DNA of 64,000 bases from an uncultured Planctomycetia bacterium (GCA_964615885.1 CAZTRG010000296.1:10313-74312); one strand, 5' to 3'. Counted from the first letter of the stretch, positions 1 through 9,742 are shown. The notes: generated by a model not told the origin, from the letters alone. Program-made: numbers and translations.

Positions 1-547
1 TCTGCAAGAGCTCAGCCATTGCCTCCGGGAGCTCTCCCTCAAGTCCGAGATGCCCGGCAAGTTCCCGCGCATCTTCGGCTGCCAGGCCCTCCTTCGGGTC
101 AAAGCAGGCCTTGAAGATCTTTTCTGGAGAGCTTGCAGCCACCTCCTCTATGTCCATACCTCCCTCGGCGGACAACATCAGCACGGGGAGCCCGAGCTGG
201 CGGTCCAGGACAATACCGGCATAAAACTCACTGGCAATATCACAAGCCTTGGCAACCAGGATCTTTTTTACTGTCCGGCCCTCTGGCCCGGTCTGGGGAG
301 TTACCAGCTGCATTCCCAGGATAGCCTCGCTGTGTTCGCGGACTTCTTCGAGATTGCTCGCCAGCTTGACTCCACCACCCTTTCCTCTCCCGCCGGCATG
401 GATCTGGGCTTTCACCACCCAGAGGGATCCTCCCAGTTGCTCAGCGGCAGCCACTGCCCCATCAACAGTATCAACCGCAGTTCCTTCCGGCACAGGAACG
501 CCGGCAGCGGCAAGAACTTCTTTTGCCTGGTACTCGTGAATCTTCAA
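1..547 (-). CDS. sucC: Succinate--CoA ligase (ADP-forming) beta subunit, N-terminal part only. The gene runs off the window start; the C-terminus lies beyond position 1. Probable TTG start at 547.
   Basis: Manual minus-strand translation of 1-560 gives (M)KIHEYQAKEVLAAAGVPVPEG ... YAGIVLDRQLGLPVLMLSAEGGMDIEEVAASSPEKIFKACFDPKEGLAAEDARELAGHLGLEGELPEAMAELLQ. This matches the ATP-grasp N-terminal half of SucC (E. coli MNLHEYQAKQLF..., ...[43 protein letters not shown]...). This frame is absent from the ORF track (it has no ATG start and runs off the window edge); the plus-strand ORF 50..568 is its antisense. Confidence 0.7.
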   Translation of the reverse strand, partial: MKIHEYQAKEVLAAAGVPVPEGTAVDTVDGAVAAAEQLGGSLWVVKAQIHAGGRGKGGGVKLASNLEEVREHSEAILGMQLVTPQTGPEGRTVKKILVAKACDIASEFYAGIVLDRQLGLPVLMLSAEGGMDIEEVAASSPEKIFKACFDPKEGLAAEDARELAGHLGLEGELPEAMAELLQ

Positions 548-741
548 GGGAATCCCCGATCTGGTTGATGCCCGCCAAGGGGCCGATGACTTATCCAGTC
601 CTCAGAATAAGAAGCGTCGATTATAGGAATGGGCACCTGCACAACAAGCCGAAAAGCCTGCCCTGCAGCAAACAATACAGGCAGGGGTTCAGCACTGCTG
701 CCGGGAAGGCAGCATCACCCGGGGCCTGGAAGAGGCAGACC

Positions 742-3033
742 TCAGCCGCGGCCGGAGGACGCTGTCTTCTTCTTGCTGAGGCGCTTCCTGAGCCGCTCGT
801 AACCGCGGCGGCAGACCTGGTTTGTGCGATCAAGCTCCTTGACCACCTTCAGGTATTCCCTGACCGCCAGGACATCCTCACCCATCGATTCGTAGATGAC
901 CCCCATCATTGCCCGCAGATCAGCCTCCAGGAGCCTGGTATCCTTGAGCTCGTTACTGGCCCCTAGAACCTGCAGGCCCTGCCTGAGAGACACCACCGCC
1001 TTCTCGGGTTTTTCCTGCATGCGGTAAACACGGGCATATTTCAGGTAGAGGCGAATGTTCTCTTTTTCGAGTTCCTCACGGATCGTCAGGGCTGCCCGGT
1101 TATGAGCGCGTCTTTCGAAGGGAAGACTGTCAAGCTGGGGAATATCTGTCGCGCCAAGGACCTGGATATTTCCCAGGGTCTCCTCGATCTTCTTCTCTGC
1201 CAGCAGATAATTTTCCAGCGCTGATTGGACCTCGAGTTTGCGCTCCGCCTTGGTGAGCTCATTCCTGCCGGTTGCAATTCCCCAGTGGCTGTCCGCCACC
1301 CCCAGCAAGGCAGGCAGGCTGGATGAATCCAGCACCCGGCTGGTTTCATATTGATCAAGAGCTTCTTTGAAATGGCCCTGGAGACGAAGAACATTTCCAA
1401 GCTCAAAGTGAATCCAGTGAAGATCCTGCTCTGTAGCTTCCGGCAGGGAGCTGTCAATGAACCCCTTGAGAATCTCTGAGGCCTGGAGATAGAGGGAGTC
1501 TTTCTTCTCCTGGTCTTTCTCGACCCGGGCCAGCTCCGAATAGAGCAAGGTGGCGTAGCTTACGTGGGCCTTGAGAAAGCTGGGGTCCTTTCTGCGTGCT
1601 TCCCTCAGGTAGCTGGCTGCCCTGTCATAGCGTTTTTCCGCCCAGAACTGATGCGCCTTGAGCCAGAAAGCCCGGCTCTCCTTACGAGCATCCGTCTCAA
1701 TCTTCCGGTTGTTCAAGACCAGGAGTGACTTTGCCCGCATTTGCTCTGAATTCTCTTTCCACCACTGCTTCCATTTCCCCACAGCCTCCGCCCTCGCGGC
1801 AGGGGTTCCCTCGGCCCTGAAGCCAAAGTTGTTCCGCGTAGAATCCCGCAGGACCCTTGCTGCCAGCGCCCGGATACCTGCCTCCTTCTCTCCCCCCAGC
1901 TCGAGAGCCTCGATAAGAGTAGGGGCCGGGAAAAAGATCCTGTTCCTTACAAGGGCAACGGCAGTAACCATCTTCAGTTCGCCCTTGGATTCGTTATAAA
2001 GATCGAGGAGGGCCTTGTTCTGATTCAGCCGGCGCAGGATCTCAACCGAAAGGGACCGCAGCCGTACATCTTCCTCCGGCCTGCTGATCAGGTACTTTGC
2101 AAGCGGCACGGACTCATCCACGAACTTCGGATAGAGAACCTTCAGGAGCGACTCCTTGACCGCCAGGTTTCCGTAGACCAGCTCCTGGTAGATCTTCGGT
2201 TCAGCAGTTTCCATCTCGAAGGTCACAACCTTCTTGAGGTCATGAACCTGCAGGACTCGGTCAAGAGCCACAAGCGTCTTCGCCCCGGCTGCATCACCAG
2301 CACCTGCTAGCCCGGCCCGGGCTTTCTGAACCTTATCGAGTGCGAAAATGCCGCAGCGAATGAGAAACTTCTCAGCCTGCTCAGCAGCGCCCGGCTCTCC
2401 CTTTGAGAGAATACCGATGGCCTCATCCATCCCAGCGGAAAGTTCGATGGTGTAGTAGTCCGAAGCTGATTCGAGAATCTGGTTTCGATAATAGACGCGC
2501 AGAACCTTGTCACGTCGATAGGTAACCTTCGCTCCATTGGCCAGCTCGATCCGAATCTCTACCCCGGTTTCCTTGATAATCGTACAGGCAACCCTGTGCT
2601 GGTTAACTTTCAGGACCACCAGGTCGGTATCCAGCCTCTGCTGCGAATGCCGGCCTTTGAAGAATTCAATCTTCTCAACCTCAGCCTTCAGGATCCGCTT
2701 TGCGGCACCCCGGTACTCCAGCGAGATGGCATTCCCACCGAGCTCTACCACACTGCCATGCTGCACCGATCCATCTCTCAGATGAACCTTGTCGAGCTTC
2801 TGAAGTGCCTGCAAGCTGGATTTACTTGAAACCGTTTTCTTCGAAGGAGGTGCAGGGGGACCAGTATCCGGCCCGGCTGCCGGAGGTCTTTTACCTTCGA
2901 TTCCACCTGTTGCCTGCTTGCCAGGATCTTCCTGTGAAAATCCTGGTAAAGAAAATGCGCTGAGCGCCAGCACAAGGGGAAAAACGGCTCGCCTGTAAGC
3001 GCCTTGTTTTCCTGCCAATGGTTTAAGCTCCAA
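742..3033 (-). CDS. Secreted TPR-repeat protein (763 aa), function unknown
   Basis: N-terminal signal peptide (RRAVFPLVLALSAFSLPGFSQE). TPR-like helical repeats follow (e.g. FWAEKRYDRAASYLREARRKDPSFLKAHVSYATLLYS, ALDQYETSRVLDSS). Clean ORF bounded by intergenic regions. Confidence 0.5.
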   Translation of the reverse strand: MELKPLAGKQGAYRRAVFPLVLALSAFSLPGFSQEDPGKQATGGIEGKRPPAAGPDTGPPAPPSKKTVSSKSSLQALQKLDKVHLRDGSVQHGSVVELGGNAISLEYRGAAKRILKAEVEKIEFFKGRHSQQRLDTDLVVLKVNQHRVACTIIKETGVEIRIELANGAKVTYRRDKVLRVYYRNQILESASDYYTIELSAGMDEAIGILSKGEPGAAEQAEKFLIRCGIFALDKVQKARAGLAGAGDAAGAKTLVALDRVLQVHDLKKVVTFEMETAEPKIYQELVYGNLAVKESLLKVLYPKFVDESVPLAKYLISRPEEDVRLRSLSVEILRRLNQNKALLDLYNESKGELKMVTAVALVRNRIFFPAPTLIEALELGGEKEAGIRALAARVLRDSTRNNFGFRAEGTPAARAEAVGKWKQWWKENSEQMRAKSLLVLNNRKIETDARKESRAFWLKAHQFWAEKRYDRAASYLREARRKDPSFLKAHVSYATLLYSELARVEKDQEKKDSLYLQASEILKGFIDSSLPEATEQDLHWIHFELGNVLRLQGHFKEALDQYETSRVLDSSSLPALLGVADSHWGIATGRNELTKAERKLEVQSALENYLLAEKKIEETLGNIQVLGATDIPQLDSLPFERRAHNRAALTIREELEKENIRLYLKYARVYRMQEKPEKAVVSLRQGLQVLGASNELKDTRLLEADLRAMMGVIYESMGEDVLAVREYLKVVKELDRTNQVCRRGYERLRKRLSKKKTASSGRG

Positions 3034-3249
3034 TTCTTACCTCAGCCCCACCTGGAGGCTTCTCTCTTCACATAAATAATTCCCGGCGAAGCCTTTGTGC
3101 CCTCCCCCAGAACACTGCCTGGAAGGGGGGAACAAACCTATCCTTTGTAAAATCAGGATCACTTCTGGCCTGCCAGTAATGAGAGATTGTAACTCTTTCG
3201 AGTAACATGCAACAAGTAATCTTCCTAACCTATACCTAATAAAGCACTT

Positions 3250-3299
3250 AAACCCTTTAAGGGAAAAGGGTTTGCGACCCTAAAAGCGGCGATTAATAT
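3250..3299 (+). promoter_or_regulatory. Inverted repeat AAACCCTT-N8-AAGGGTTT (3250-3273) overlapping a candidate sigma-70 promoter (TTGCGA 3272-3277, N16, TAATAT 3294-3299) immediately upstream of the yhaM-like gene. Possible operator.
   Basis: Read directly from the sequence in the only AT-richer stretch (3180-3308) of a divergent intergenic region. The start codon at 3309 would make the transcript nearly leaderless. No experimental support. Confidence 0.2.
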
Positions 3300-3308
3300 A
3301 CCTCGACT

Positions 3309-4337
3309 ATGACAGAACCCCAGAATGGCCCTCCCGGCACCGAACCGGCAAGTAAAAGCCCGCAATGGATAGCCAGCCTGCGTAAAGGCGACCAGGTGAA
3401 TGCCGCGACCTACCTGGTTGAAAGTTCCAACTTCAAGCAGACCCGCAACCAGAAGTATTTCATCCAGATGATCCTGCGGGACAAAACCGGATCACTCCGC
3501 TCCATCAAATGGGATGCAGATGAGGCTCTCTACAATTCCTTCTCTGTGGATGACTTCGTCAGGGTTCATGGACGAGTAGAAGAGTACCAGAACAACCGGC
3601 AAATTATTGTCGATCGTATCGAGAAGCTGCCTGCGCGTGACATCGCCTATGAGGATTTCCTGCCCGCCAGCGAGCGCAACCTCGATGAGATGGTTTCTGA
3701 ATTAAGCGAAATCGTTGAGTCATTGAGCAACCCACATCTCAAGGGGCTGCTCCTGGAATTCATCGGAGATGATGAGATCCTTTTCGCGCTGAGTCGTTGC
3801 CCGGCAGGAAAGAGCCTCCACCATGCTTTCATCGGAGGACTGCTCGAGCATATCCTTTCGCTCTGCAAGCTGGCCCGGAACCTGGCCTCCAACTACAGCC
3901 GTCTCAACCTGGACATGCTCCTGGCCGGCTGTATTCTTCACGATATCGGCAAATGCAGAGAGCTCTCATTCCAGAAGAACTTCAGCTATACAGATGAGGG
4001 ACAGCTGATTGGCCACATAGGTATCGGCCTGGTGATGATCAACGAAAAGGCAGGGAAGCTCCCGGGCTTCCCTGGGAACCTGCTGCTGCAATTGCAACAC
4101 ATCATCGCCAGCCATCATGGCCTGCTGGAATATGGAGCTCTCAAGCGCCCCATGACTCCGGAGGCGATCGCATTCCATTATCTCGACAATCTCGACTCCA
4201 AGATGGGCACGCTCGATACTATCGAGAATGAGATCTCTGCCAATTCACAGGCAACTGCAACAGGCTCCCCCACCTGGAGTGACTACAAGCCTCACCTGGA
4301 AAGAAAGCTCTTCTTCCCGGGAAAGGATCCGGAATAA
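3309..4337 (+). CDS. YhaM-family 3'-5' exoribonuclease / OB-fold plus HD-domain phosphohydrolase
   Basis: N-terminal OB-fold region (KGDQVNAATYLVESSNFKQTRNQKYFIQMILRDKTGSLRSIKWD...RVHGRVEEYQNNRQIIVDRIEKL). HD domain with the metal ligands (HHAFIGGLLEHILS, ILHDIGK, IIASHHG, FHYLDNLDSK). Confidence 0.75.
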   Translation: MTEPQNGPPGTEPASKSPQWIASLRKGDQVNAATYLVESSNFKQTRNQKYFIQMILRDKTGSLRSIKWDADEALYNSFSVDDFVRVHGRVEEYQNNRQIIVDRIEKLPARDIAYEDFLPASERNLDEMVSELSEIVESLSNPHLKGLLLEFIGDDEILFALSRCPAGKSLHHAFIGGLLEHILSLCKLARNLASNYSRLNLDMLLAGCILHDIGKCRELSFQKNFSYTDEGQLIGHIGIGLVMINEKAGKLPGFPGNLLLQLQHIIASHHGLLEYGALKRPMTPEAIAFHYLDNLDSKMGTLDTIENEISANSQATATGSPTWSDYKPHLERKLFFPGKDPE

Positions 4338-4378
4338 GGGGGCCCCCTCCCGGCCTCCGAGCACGTGGAAGCTGAAGC

Positions 4379-5248
4379 TCAGACCTTGATTTCAAGTTCC
4401 GCCAGGATTCCCCGCAAAATATCGCGGGTCTCTTCCTTGGCTTCCACCAGTGGAAGGCGAAACTCGCCCTCGATCAGCCCCTGCATCTCCATGCAGGTCT
4501 TGACCGGGATCGGGCTCGTCTCAATGAAAAGGGACTTCATCAGCGGGTAGAGCTGATGGTGGAGCGGTGCAGCTGCTGCAAAGTCACCTGCGGCGGCAAG
4601 ATGTACCAGCGCAGCCATTTGTGCAGGAACCACATTGGCGGCCACCGAGATAACCACCTTGGCGCCTACTGACATCAGCGCCAGGGTCAGGGAGTCATCT
4701 CCACTGAGAATGGTAATATCACACTCTGCAAGAATCTCGACGGTCCGGTCAACAGAACCACTGGCTTCCTTAACTGCGACGACATTCTCAATCGAGCTGA
4801 GCCTGGCAACCGTCTCGGGCAGAAGATCAATACCCGTACGCCCCGGCACGTTGTAGAGAACGACAGGAATTGAGCATTCTTCAGCTATGGCCGCGAAATG
4901 CCTGTAGAGGCCTTCCTGGGGCGGCTTATTGTAGTAGGGGGTAATCACCAGTGCCCCATCCGCGCCGGCAGCCTGGGCTGACTTGGTCAGGCTGACCGCT
5001 TCAGTGGTGGAGTTAGAACCGGTTCCGGCAAGAACAGGAACCCTCCCGGCCGCTCTCTTGATAACGAACTCGATGACGAGCTCATGTTCACGGTGAGAGA
5101 GCGTGGCCGACTCCCCTGTGGTCCCACAAGGCACCAGGCCATCAGTACCGGCCTCGACGTGGTAATCCACCAGGCCGCCAAGCCTTTCGAGGTCAACCTC
5201 TCCATCTTTAAACGGCGTTACAAGCGCTACGTAGGATCCGTTAAACAT
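4379..5248 (-). CDS. dapA: 4-hydroxy-tetrahydrodipicolinate synthase
   Basis: MFNGSYVALVTPF...YHVEAGTDGLVPCGTTGESATLSHREHE...TPYYNKPPQEGLYRHF...LYNVPGRTG aligns closely with E. coli DapA. The ORF track begins 15 codons upstream (5293). The Met at 5248 (MFNGS) matches the DapA N-terminus and leaves room for a TATAAT at 5302-5307. Confidence 0.9.
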   Translation of the reverse strand: MFNGSYVALVTPFKDGEVDLERLGGLVDYHVEAGTDGLVPCGTTGESATLSHREHELVIEFVIKRAAGRVPVLAGTGSNSTTEAVSLTKSAQAAGADGALVITPYYNKPPQEGLYRHFAAIAEECSIPVVLYNVPGRTGIDLLPETVARLSSIENVVAVKEASGSVDRTVEILAECDITILSGDDSLTLALMSVGAKVVISVAANVVPAQMAALVHLAAAGDFAAAAPLHHQLYPLMKSLFIETSPIPVKTCMEMQGLIEGEFRLPLVEAKEETRDILRGILAELEIKV

Positions 5249-5301
5249 CACCTGTCTCCGTGAAAACGAGCTGGTGGCTCTCCCGCCACCCAAGGCCTTG
5301 C

Positions 5302-5307
5302 ATTATA
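5302..5307 (-). promoter_or_regulatory. Candidate -10 hexamer (TATAAT on the minus strand) upstream of dapA
   Basis: A perfect TATAAT (plus strand reads attata) in the 149-nt glmM-dapA intergenic region of a >60% GC genome. No good -35 at 17-bp spacing was found. Confidence 0.2.
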
Positions 5308-5397
5308 GGCGCGGCTCTCGTACAGGTCCATCAATGATGCCCTGGCCCCGAATCGGTACTGACAGGCCCCACACCTTGCGCCTGGGCAGGAAAGCGG

Positions 5398-6765
5398 TCA
5401 CTGCTCACCCATCGAATCCCTGATCACTGCACAGATTTCCCCGCAAAGCTGGTCGACCAGTTGCTGCTGGGGCCCCTCCAGCATCACGCGCAGCAAGGGC
5501 TCAGTACCGGAATACCGGAGCAGGACCCTTCCCTCTTCGCCCAGCTGGGCCTCGACCTTTCCGACGATCTCCTGCACGGCCCCTACCTCCTCAAGCGGCA
5601 CCCTCTCCCGCACCTTCACATTCATCAGGACCTGCGGATAGCTGGTCATGATCCCGGCCGCAGCGTCAAGGTCGAGGTCCTGGTCGCGGAGGAAATCCAG
5701 CATCTGGATCGCGGCAAGAACACCGTCACCGGTGGAGGAATGCTCCATCAAGATAATATGCCCTGACTGCTCACCTCCAACCGGATGCCTGCCCTCTCTC
5801 ATCTGGCAGTATACATTCCGGTCCCCCACCGAGGTCCTTATCAGCTCGATTCCACATTCTCCAAGGGAACGCTCCAATCCGATATTTGACATCACCGTCG
5901 CAACAACTGCATTGCCCGGCAGCTTCCCAGCCGCCTGGTAATAACGGCCTCCGAGGGCGAGAACGAGATCACCGTCAAAGATCGCTCCGGTAGCGCTGAT
6001 CGGGATTAACCGGTCTGCATCTCCATCGAAACAGAAACCTATATCAAAACCCGACCCTATAACCTCCTCGGAAAGTTTGCCGGGGAAAAGAGAACCGCAG
6101 CCATCATTGATGTTTTTACCATCCGGCTGGTCCCCGATTGACCGGACCTCCATCCCAAGGCGGCGAAAAGCCTCGGGCGCCACCGCACTGGCTGCCCCAT
6201 TGGCGGCATCGATAAATACCTTCCGTCCTTCAAGCCCCCCACCGGAGGTTGACACCAGGAAATTGACATACCTTTCAAAGGCATCGTCTGAAAGATCCCG
6301 CAGGGTTCCGCCTTGGGCAGCTTCGGCTGAAACGCCGGAATCGAATCTCCTGGAGACCTCCTCTTCAAATTGATCAGAAACCTTGGATCCGGCTGCAGAG
6401 ATGAGCTTGATTCCGTTGTCACGGGCAGGGTTGTGGGATGCCGACAGGACAATTGCGAGGCAGCATTCTTTCGACGAGCGTGCAAGCTCGGCAATACCGG
6501 GGGTCGGCAGGATTCCGAGATCACAAACATCCAGACCCGCGGAAAGAAAGCCCCGGGATAATTGCCCGAGTAATTCAGGACCGGACTCTCGAGTATCCCG
6601 CCCGATATAAACAGCGCCCCCTCGCTCCGGACCGATATCGAGAGGGAAATCCCCACGGTCCTGGAGCAGCGAGGCCAGCGCCCTGCCGATTGCTTCAACC
6701 GAATCGGTAGACAGCAGGCCCTCGCCCGCCCTCGCCCGAATACCATCAGTGCCGAAAATGCTCAC
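5398..6765 (-). CDS. glmM: Phosphoglucosamine mutase
   Basis: MSIFGTDGIRARAGEG N-terminus. Phosphoserine loop SASHNPARDNGIKL. Metal-binding FDGDADRL. Sits in the conserved position downstream of cdaA-cdaR. Confidence 0.9.
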   Translation of the reverse strand: MSIFGTDGIRARAGEGLLSTDSVEAIGRALASLLQDRGDFPLDIGPERGGAVYIGRDTRESGPELLGQLSRGFLSAGLDVCDLGILPTPGIAELARSSKECCLAIVLSASHNPARDNGIKLISAAGSKVSDQFEEEVSRRFDSGVSAEAAQGGTLRDLSDDAFERYVNFLVSTSGGGLEGRKVFIDAANGAASAVAPEAFRRLGMEVRSIGDQPDGKNINDGCGSLFPGKLSEEVIGSGFDIGFCFDGDADRLIPISATGAIFDGDLVLALGGRYYQAAGKLPGNAVVATVMSNIGLERSLGECGIELIRTSVGDRNVYCQMREGRHPVGGEQSGHIILMEHSSTGDGVLAAIQMLDFLRDQDLDLDAAAGIMTSYPQVLMNVKVRERVPLEEVGAVQEIVGKVEAQLGEEGRVLLRYSGTEPLLRVMLEGPQQQLVDQLCGEICAVIRDSMGEQ

Positions 6766-6785
6766 CTCTATCTCCTCGACAAACC

Positions 6786-7916
6786 CTATTCCTCTTCACT
6801 GCCCTTCTTTGCAGGGACACTGATTTCATAGGACCAGAAAGCTGCCTGTTGTTCTTTTCGACTTTCATGGCGAAGAACCTCTACCTCTGGAAAATCCTTC
6901 ACCCTGAGGTCACCTTCCAGGAAAGTAAAGGTGCCGCCCTTTTCAGCATCAAGGCCGGTAGGAGGCGGGACGATGAGCGTGATCTCAGGCAGCTCCCTGA
7001 GCTGCTCGATCTGCGCCCGGACCCCCTTAAGGCCTACCGGAATCGTCTCTGTACCGAGGGGAACATCCTTGAGCCTGACCTTGAGAGCTGCCGGCGTCAA
7101 GGGCAGCTGGAAAAGCAGGCGCCCCCTCTCAACCGAGTGTTGCTCCAGGCTCTCCTGGAGGGACGCATTGACCTGGATCTTTACCCGCTCAGGGAACCGG
7201 ACCCAGCGCTTTTCCTCATCTCTTTCCAGGTTGAAATTCTTCAGGATCTGGACAGTCTGCCGCACCCTGGCGTTGTCCGGAACAAGACGCAGATCAAAAA
7301 GGCCGTCCACCCTGCCCTGGTAATTCACCGAAACCGTGACCTTAACGCTGACCCTCTCCTCATCCAGGATCGATTTCGGTCCCCGGATCAGCAATCCTGC
7401 CTCAGGTCCGTCAACCTTGATGTTCACCTTGTCCTCAGGCTTCCGATTGGCAACCTCAACAATCCCTGGAAGATCAGGAATGACCCTCTCCTCGATTTCA
7501 CTCTGCAGAAGGAAATATTTCTCGGGCTGGAATCTCGTGACTGAAACCCCTGATTTGGGGAACCCGAAGTCTTCCTGCTTGAACTCGTGGCCGAGATCCT
7601 CCTTCTCAACAAAGAGCTCAACTGCGAATTTCTTTCCCTGCCCGGCCTTCAACTCCTCAACCTGTTCACGCGGCCCCTCAATGGTCAGGTCCACCTCGTG
7701 CTCACCTTCCTCCGCCAGGTAGCTTTCCTTCTGCTGCGGCTTGCGCACCCCGACAATGGCCATGGTGCCGTCATCCCTGGGCTTGAATTTTACCCAGTAT
7801 TTCAGGGTGGCACGTTCAACCTCGTACTGGTAAGCCACGAACCAGATACTGACAGAAAAAAACAGGGCGATCAGCTTGCTGCGCCAGTTCGCTAAAAATA
7901 ATTTCTGGAGTCTCAT
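6786..7916 (-). CDS. cdaR: YbbR-domain protein, regulator of diadenylate cyclase CdaA
   Basis: N-terminal TM (LIALFFSVSIWFVAY) followed by repeated YbbR-like beta-rich modules. Overlaps the cdaA stop by 4 bp (7913-7916). Canonical cdaA-cdaR-glmM synteny. Confidence 0.7.
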   Translation of the reverse strand: MRLQKLFLANWRSKLIALFFSVSIWFVAYQYEVERATLKYWVKFKPRDDGTMAIVGVRKPQQKESYLAEEGEHEVDLTIEGPREQVEELKAGQGKKFAVELFVEKEDLGHEFKQEDFGFPKSGVSVTRFQPEKYFLLQSEIEERVIPDLPGIVEVANRKPEDKVNIKVDGPEAGLLIRGPKSILDEERVSVKVTVSVNYQGRVDGLFDLRLVPDNARVRQTVQILKNFNLERDEEKRWVRFPERVKIQVNASLQESLEQHSVERGRLLFQLPLTPAALKVRLKDVPLGTETIPVGLKGVRAQIEQLRELPEITLIVPPPTGLDAEKGGTFTFLEGDLRVKDFPEVEVLRHESRKEQQAAFWSYEISVPAKKGSEEE

Positions 7917-8773
7917 CCCTGGGCGCCCTTGTAACCTGCACTGTCCGGCATCTCATCCATCTCTGCCATCTCTTCCTGCTCCTCGAGCTCAACGAAATGA
8001 CGCACGAGCAGTTCGCGCAGGCGGTCGGTATCTACCTTTTCAATCTCACCCCGGCTGGCGAAGGAGACGTTTCCGGTCTCCTCTGAAACGATAACAACAA
8101 TCGCATCGGTCTCTTCGCTGAGTCCAAGACCTGCACGATGCCTTGTCCCGGCTGTATTCCCCGGCCCGGGACTGTCACTCAGGGGAAAAAGACACCCTGC
8201 CGCAGCAATCCGGTCATCACGAATAACAACGGCCCCATCATGAAGATCAGAGCCGGGAAAGAAGATCGTTGAGAGCAGGCCGCTTGTCACCACTGCATCG
8301 ATCTGGGTTCCATGCTCAATGTAATTCCTCAGCCCCACCTCTCTCTCGATAGCAACCAGGGCGCCAATTTTCCTCCGGGACATACGAAACGCTGCCCGAA
8401 CGATCTCCTCAACGACGCCCTTGGTTTCCCGCTTGAGGAACATCCCGAACAGCCTCGTCTGCCCGAGGCGAACAAGAGCACGGCGCAATTCCGGCTGGAC
8501 AACGATCACGATCGCTGGAATGGCGGCAGCTCCGAAAAATCGAATGATAACGAGCAAGCGGTCAAAACGCTCGAAGCGCTCGGCAACAATGGCAAGCAGG
8601 ATTGGAAAGGTCAGCATCAGCAGCGCGATGCCCTTGAGAATACCCTCGCCCCTTGTACCTTCCATGAAACGCAGGAATGCGTAAATAACCAGGTAGATCA
8701 CCAGGATCTCTACCAGGTACTCAAGCCTGATCCAGCTCACCGCGTTCCAGAAACCTTCCAGGAAATTCGTCAC
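7913..8773 (-). CDS. cdaA: Diadenylate cyclase (c-di-AMP synthase), membrane-anchored CdaA type
   Basis: Three N-terminal TM helices. DisA_N/DAC domain motifs DGAVVIRDDRIAAAGCLFPLS and GTRHRAGLGLSEETDAIVVIVSEETGNVS. Confidence 0.85.
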   Translation of the reverse strand: MTNFLEGFWNAVSWIRLEYLVEILVIYLVIYAFLRFMEGTRGEGILKGIALLMLTFPILLAIVAERFERFDRLLVIIRFFGAAAIPAIVIVVQPELRRALVRLGQTRLFGMFLKRETKGVVEEIVRAAFRMSRRKIGALVAIEREVGLRNYIEHGTQIDAVVTSGLLSTIFFPGSDLHDGAVVIRDDRIAAAGCLFPLSDSPGPGNTAGTRHRAGLGLSEETDAIVVIVSEETGNVSFASRGEIEKVDTDRLRELLVRHFVELEEQEEMAEMDEMPDSAGYKGAQG

Positions 8774-9742
8774 TCAGGAACCTCCCTCTTCCGAACCCTG
8801 CAGCACACCGGCTGCTGATGTTCCCGGCGATTTCAGCTGCAGCGCCTCGAAGACATCGAGAAGGTCGCGGGTGTAGGGGACATTGTGCACCCTGAGGATC
8901 AGGGCGCCTTCAAGTACTGCTATCGTATTGGCTGCAACAGTGGCCACATCCCGCTGTGCAGGTTCCCGCCCACGGTCGCCCTGGTCGCCAAGCATCCGCG
9001 AGAGAAACATTTTCCGCGAGGCGCCAAAAAGAACCGGTCGGCCGAGATCACAGAGCTGGCGCAGCCCCCCCATGATCTCGATGTTGTGCCCGGGCTCCTT
9101 GGCAAAGCCTATGCCGGGGTCCAGGACGATACGTCCCCTGGAAATCCCCCCCGCCTCAAGCTCATCCATCCGCCCCTTGAGAAAATCACAGATCTCGTTC
9201 ATCACACCATCGGGATACAGGGTGCGCTCCTGCATATCAGAAGGTGTACCCCTCATATGCATGAGGATGACCGGGCACTGGTATTCTTTGAGAACAGGAA
9301 TCCAGCCGGGGTCCTCACAGGCGCTGACATCGTTAACCACGTCAGCGCCGGCTTCGAGCGCGGCACGCCCCACCGCAGGGTCCCTGGTGTCAATCGACAC
9401 GACCGTCTCGGAGCTTTCCCTGATCCCCCTGATAACAGGCAGGATCCTTGCCAGCTGTTCATCCCCAGAGACAGGCTCTGCTCCCGGGCGGGTCGACTCA
9501 CCGCCAACATCGATAATATCTGCCCCTTCCCGGACCATCTGAAGCGCCTCAGTGACGGCGGCCCCTGCATCTGCATAGCGGCCCCCGTCTGAAAAAGAAT
9601 CGGGGGTGCAATTCAGGATGCCCATCAGCGCCGGCCGCGGGCCGATCTTCCAGGTACCGCCACGCACCAGCTCAAGCTCGAATTCAGCTCCAGGGGCAGT
9701 GCCTGTCATGCCGTTGAGTCCGCCAGGGTCTTCAATTCCCAT
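8774..9742 (-). CDS. folP: Dihydropteroate synthase, with a ~40-aa N-terminal extension
   Basis: Pterin-binding motifs ILNCTPDSFSDGG, ADIIDVGGESTRPGAEPVS, LFGASRK. Lies immediately upstream of cdaA with no intergenic gap. Confidence 0.85.
   Translation of the reverse strand: MGIEDPGGLNGMTGTAPGAEFELELVRGGTWKIGPRPALMGILNCTPDSFSDGGRYADAGAAVTEALQMVREGADIIDVGGESTRPGAEPVSGDEQLARILPVIRGIRESSETVVSIDTRDPAVGRAALEAGADVVNDVSACEDPGWIPVLKEYQCPVILMHMRGTPSDMQERTLYPDGVMNEICDFLKGRMDELEAGGISRGRIVLDPGIGFAKEPGHNIEIMGGLRQLCDLGRPVLFGASRKMFLSRMLGDQGDRGREPAQRDVATVAANTIAVLEGALILRVHNVPYTRDLLDVFEALQLKSPGTSAAGVLQGSEEGGS

Noticed and set aside
50-568. 172-aa plus-strand ORF at the window start
   Set aside because: It is the antisense of a clear sucC N-terminal coding frame on the minus strand. 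Its translation has no recognisable domain and an odd composition.
6057-6746. 229-aa minus-strand ORF in an alternative frame inside glmM, and the plus-strand ORF 6849..7544 inside cdaR
   Set aside because: Fully nested in strongly supported genes. No motifs.
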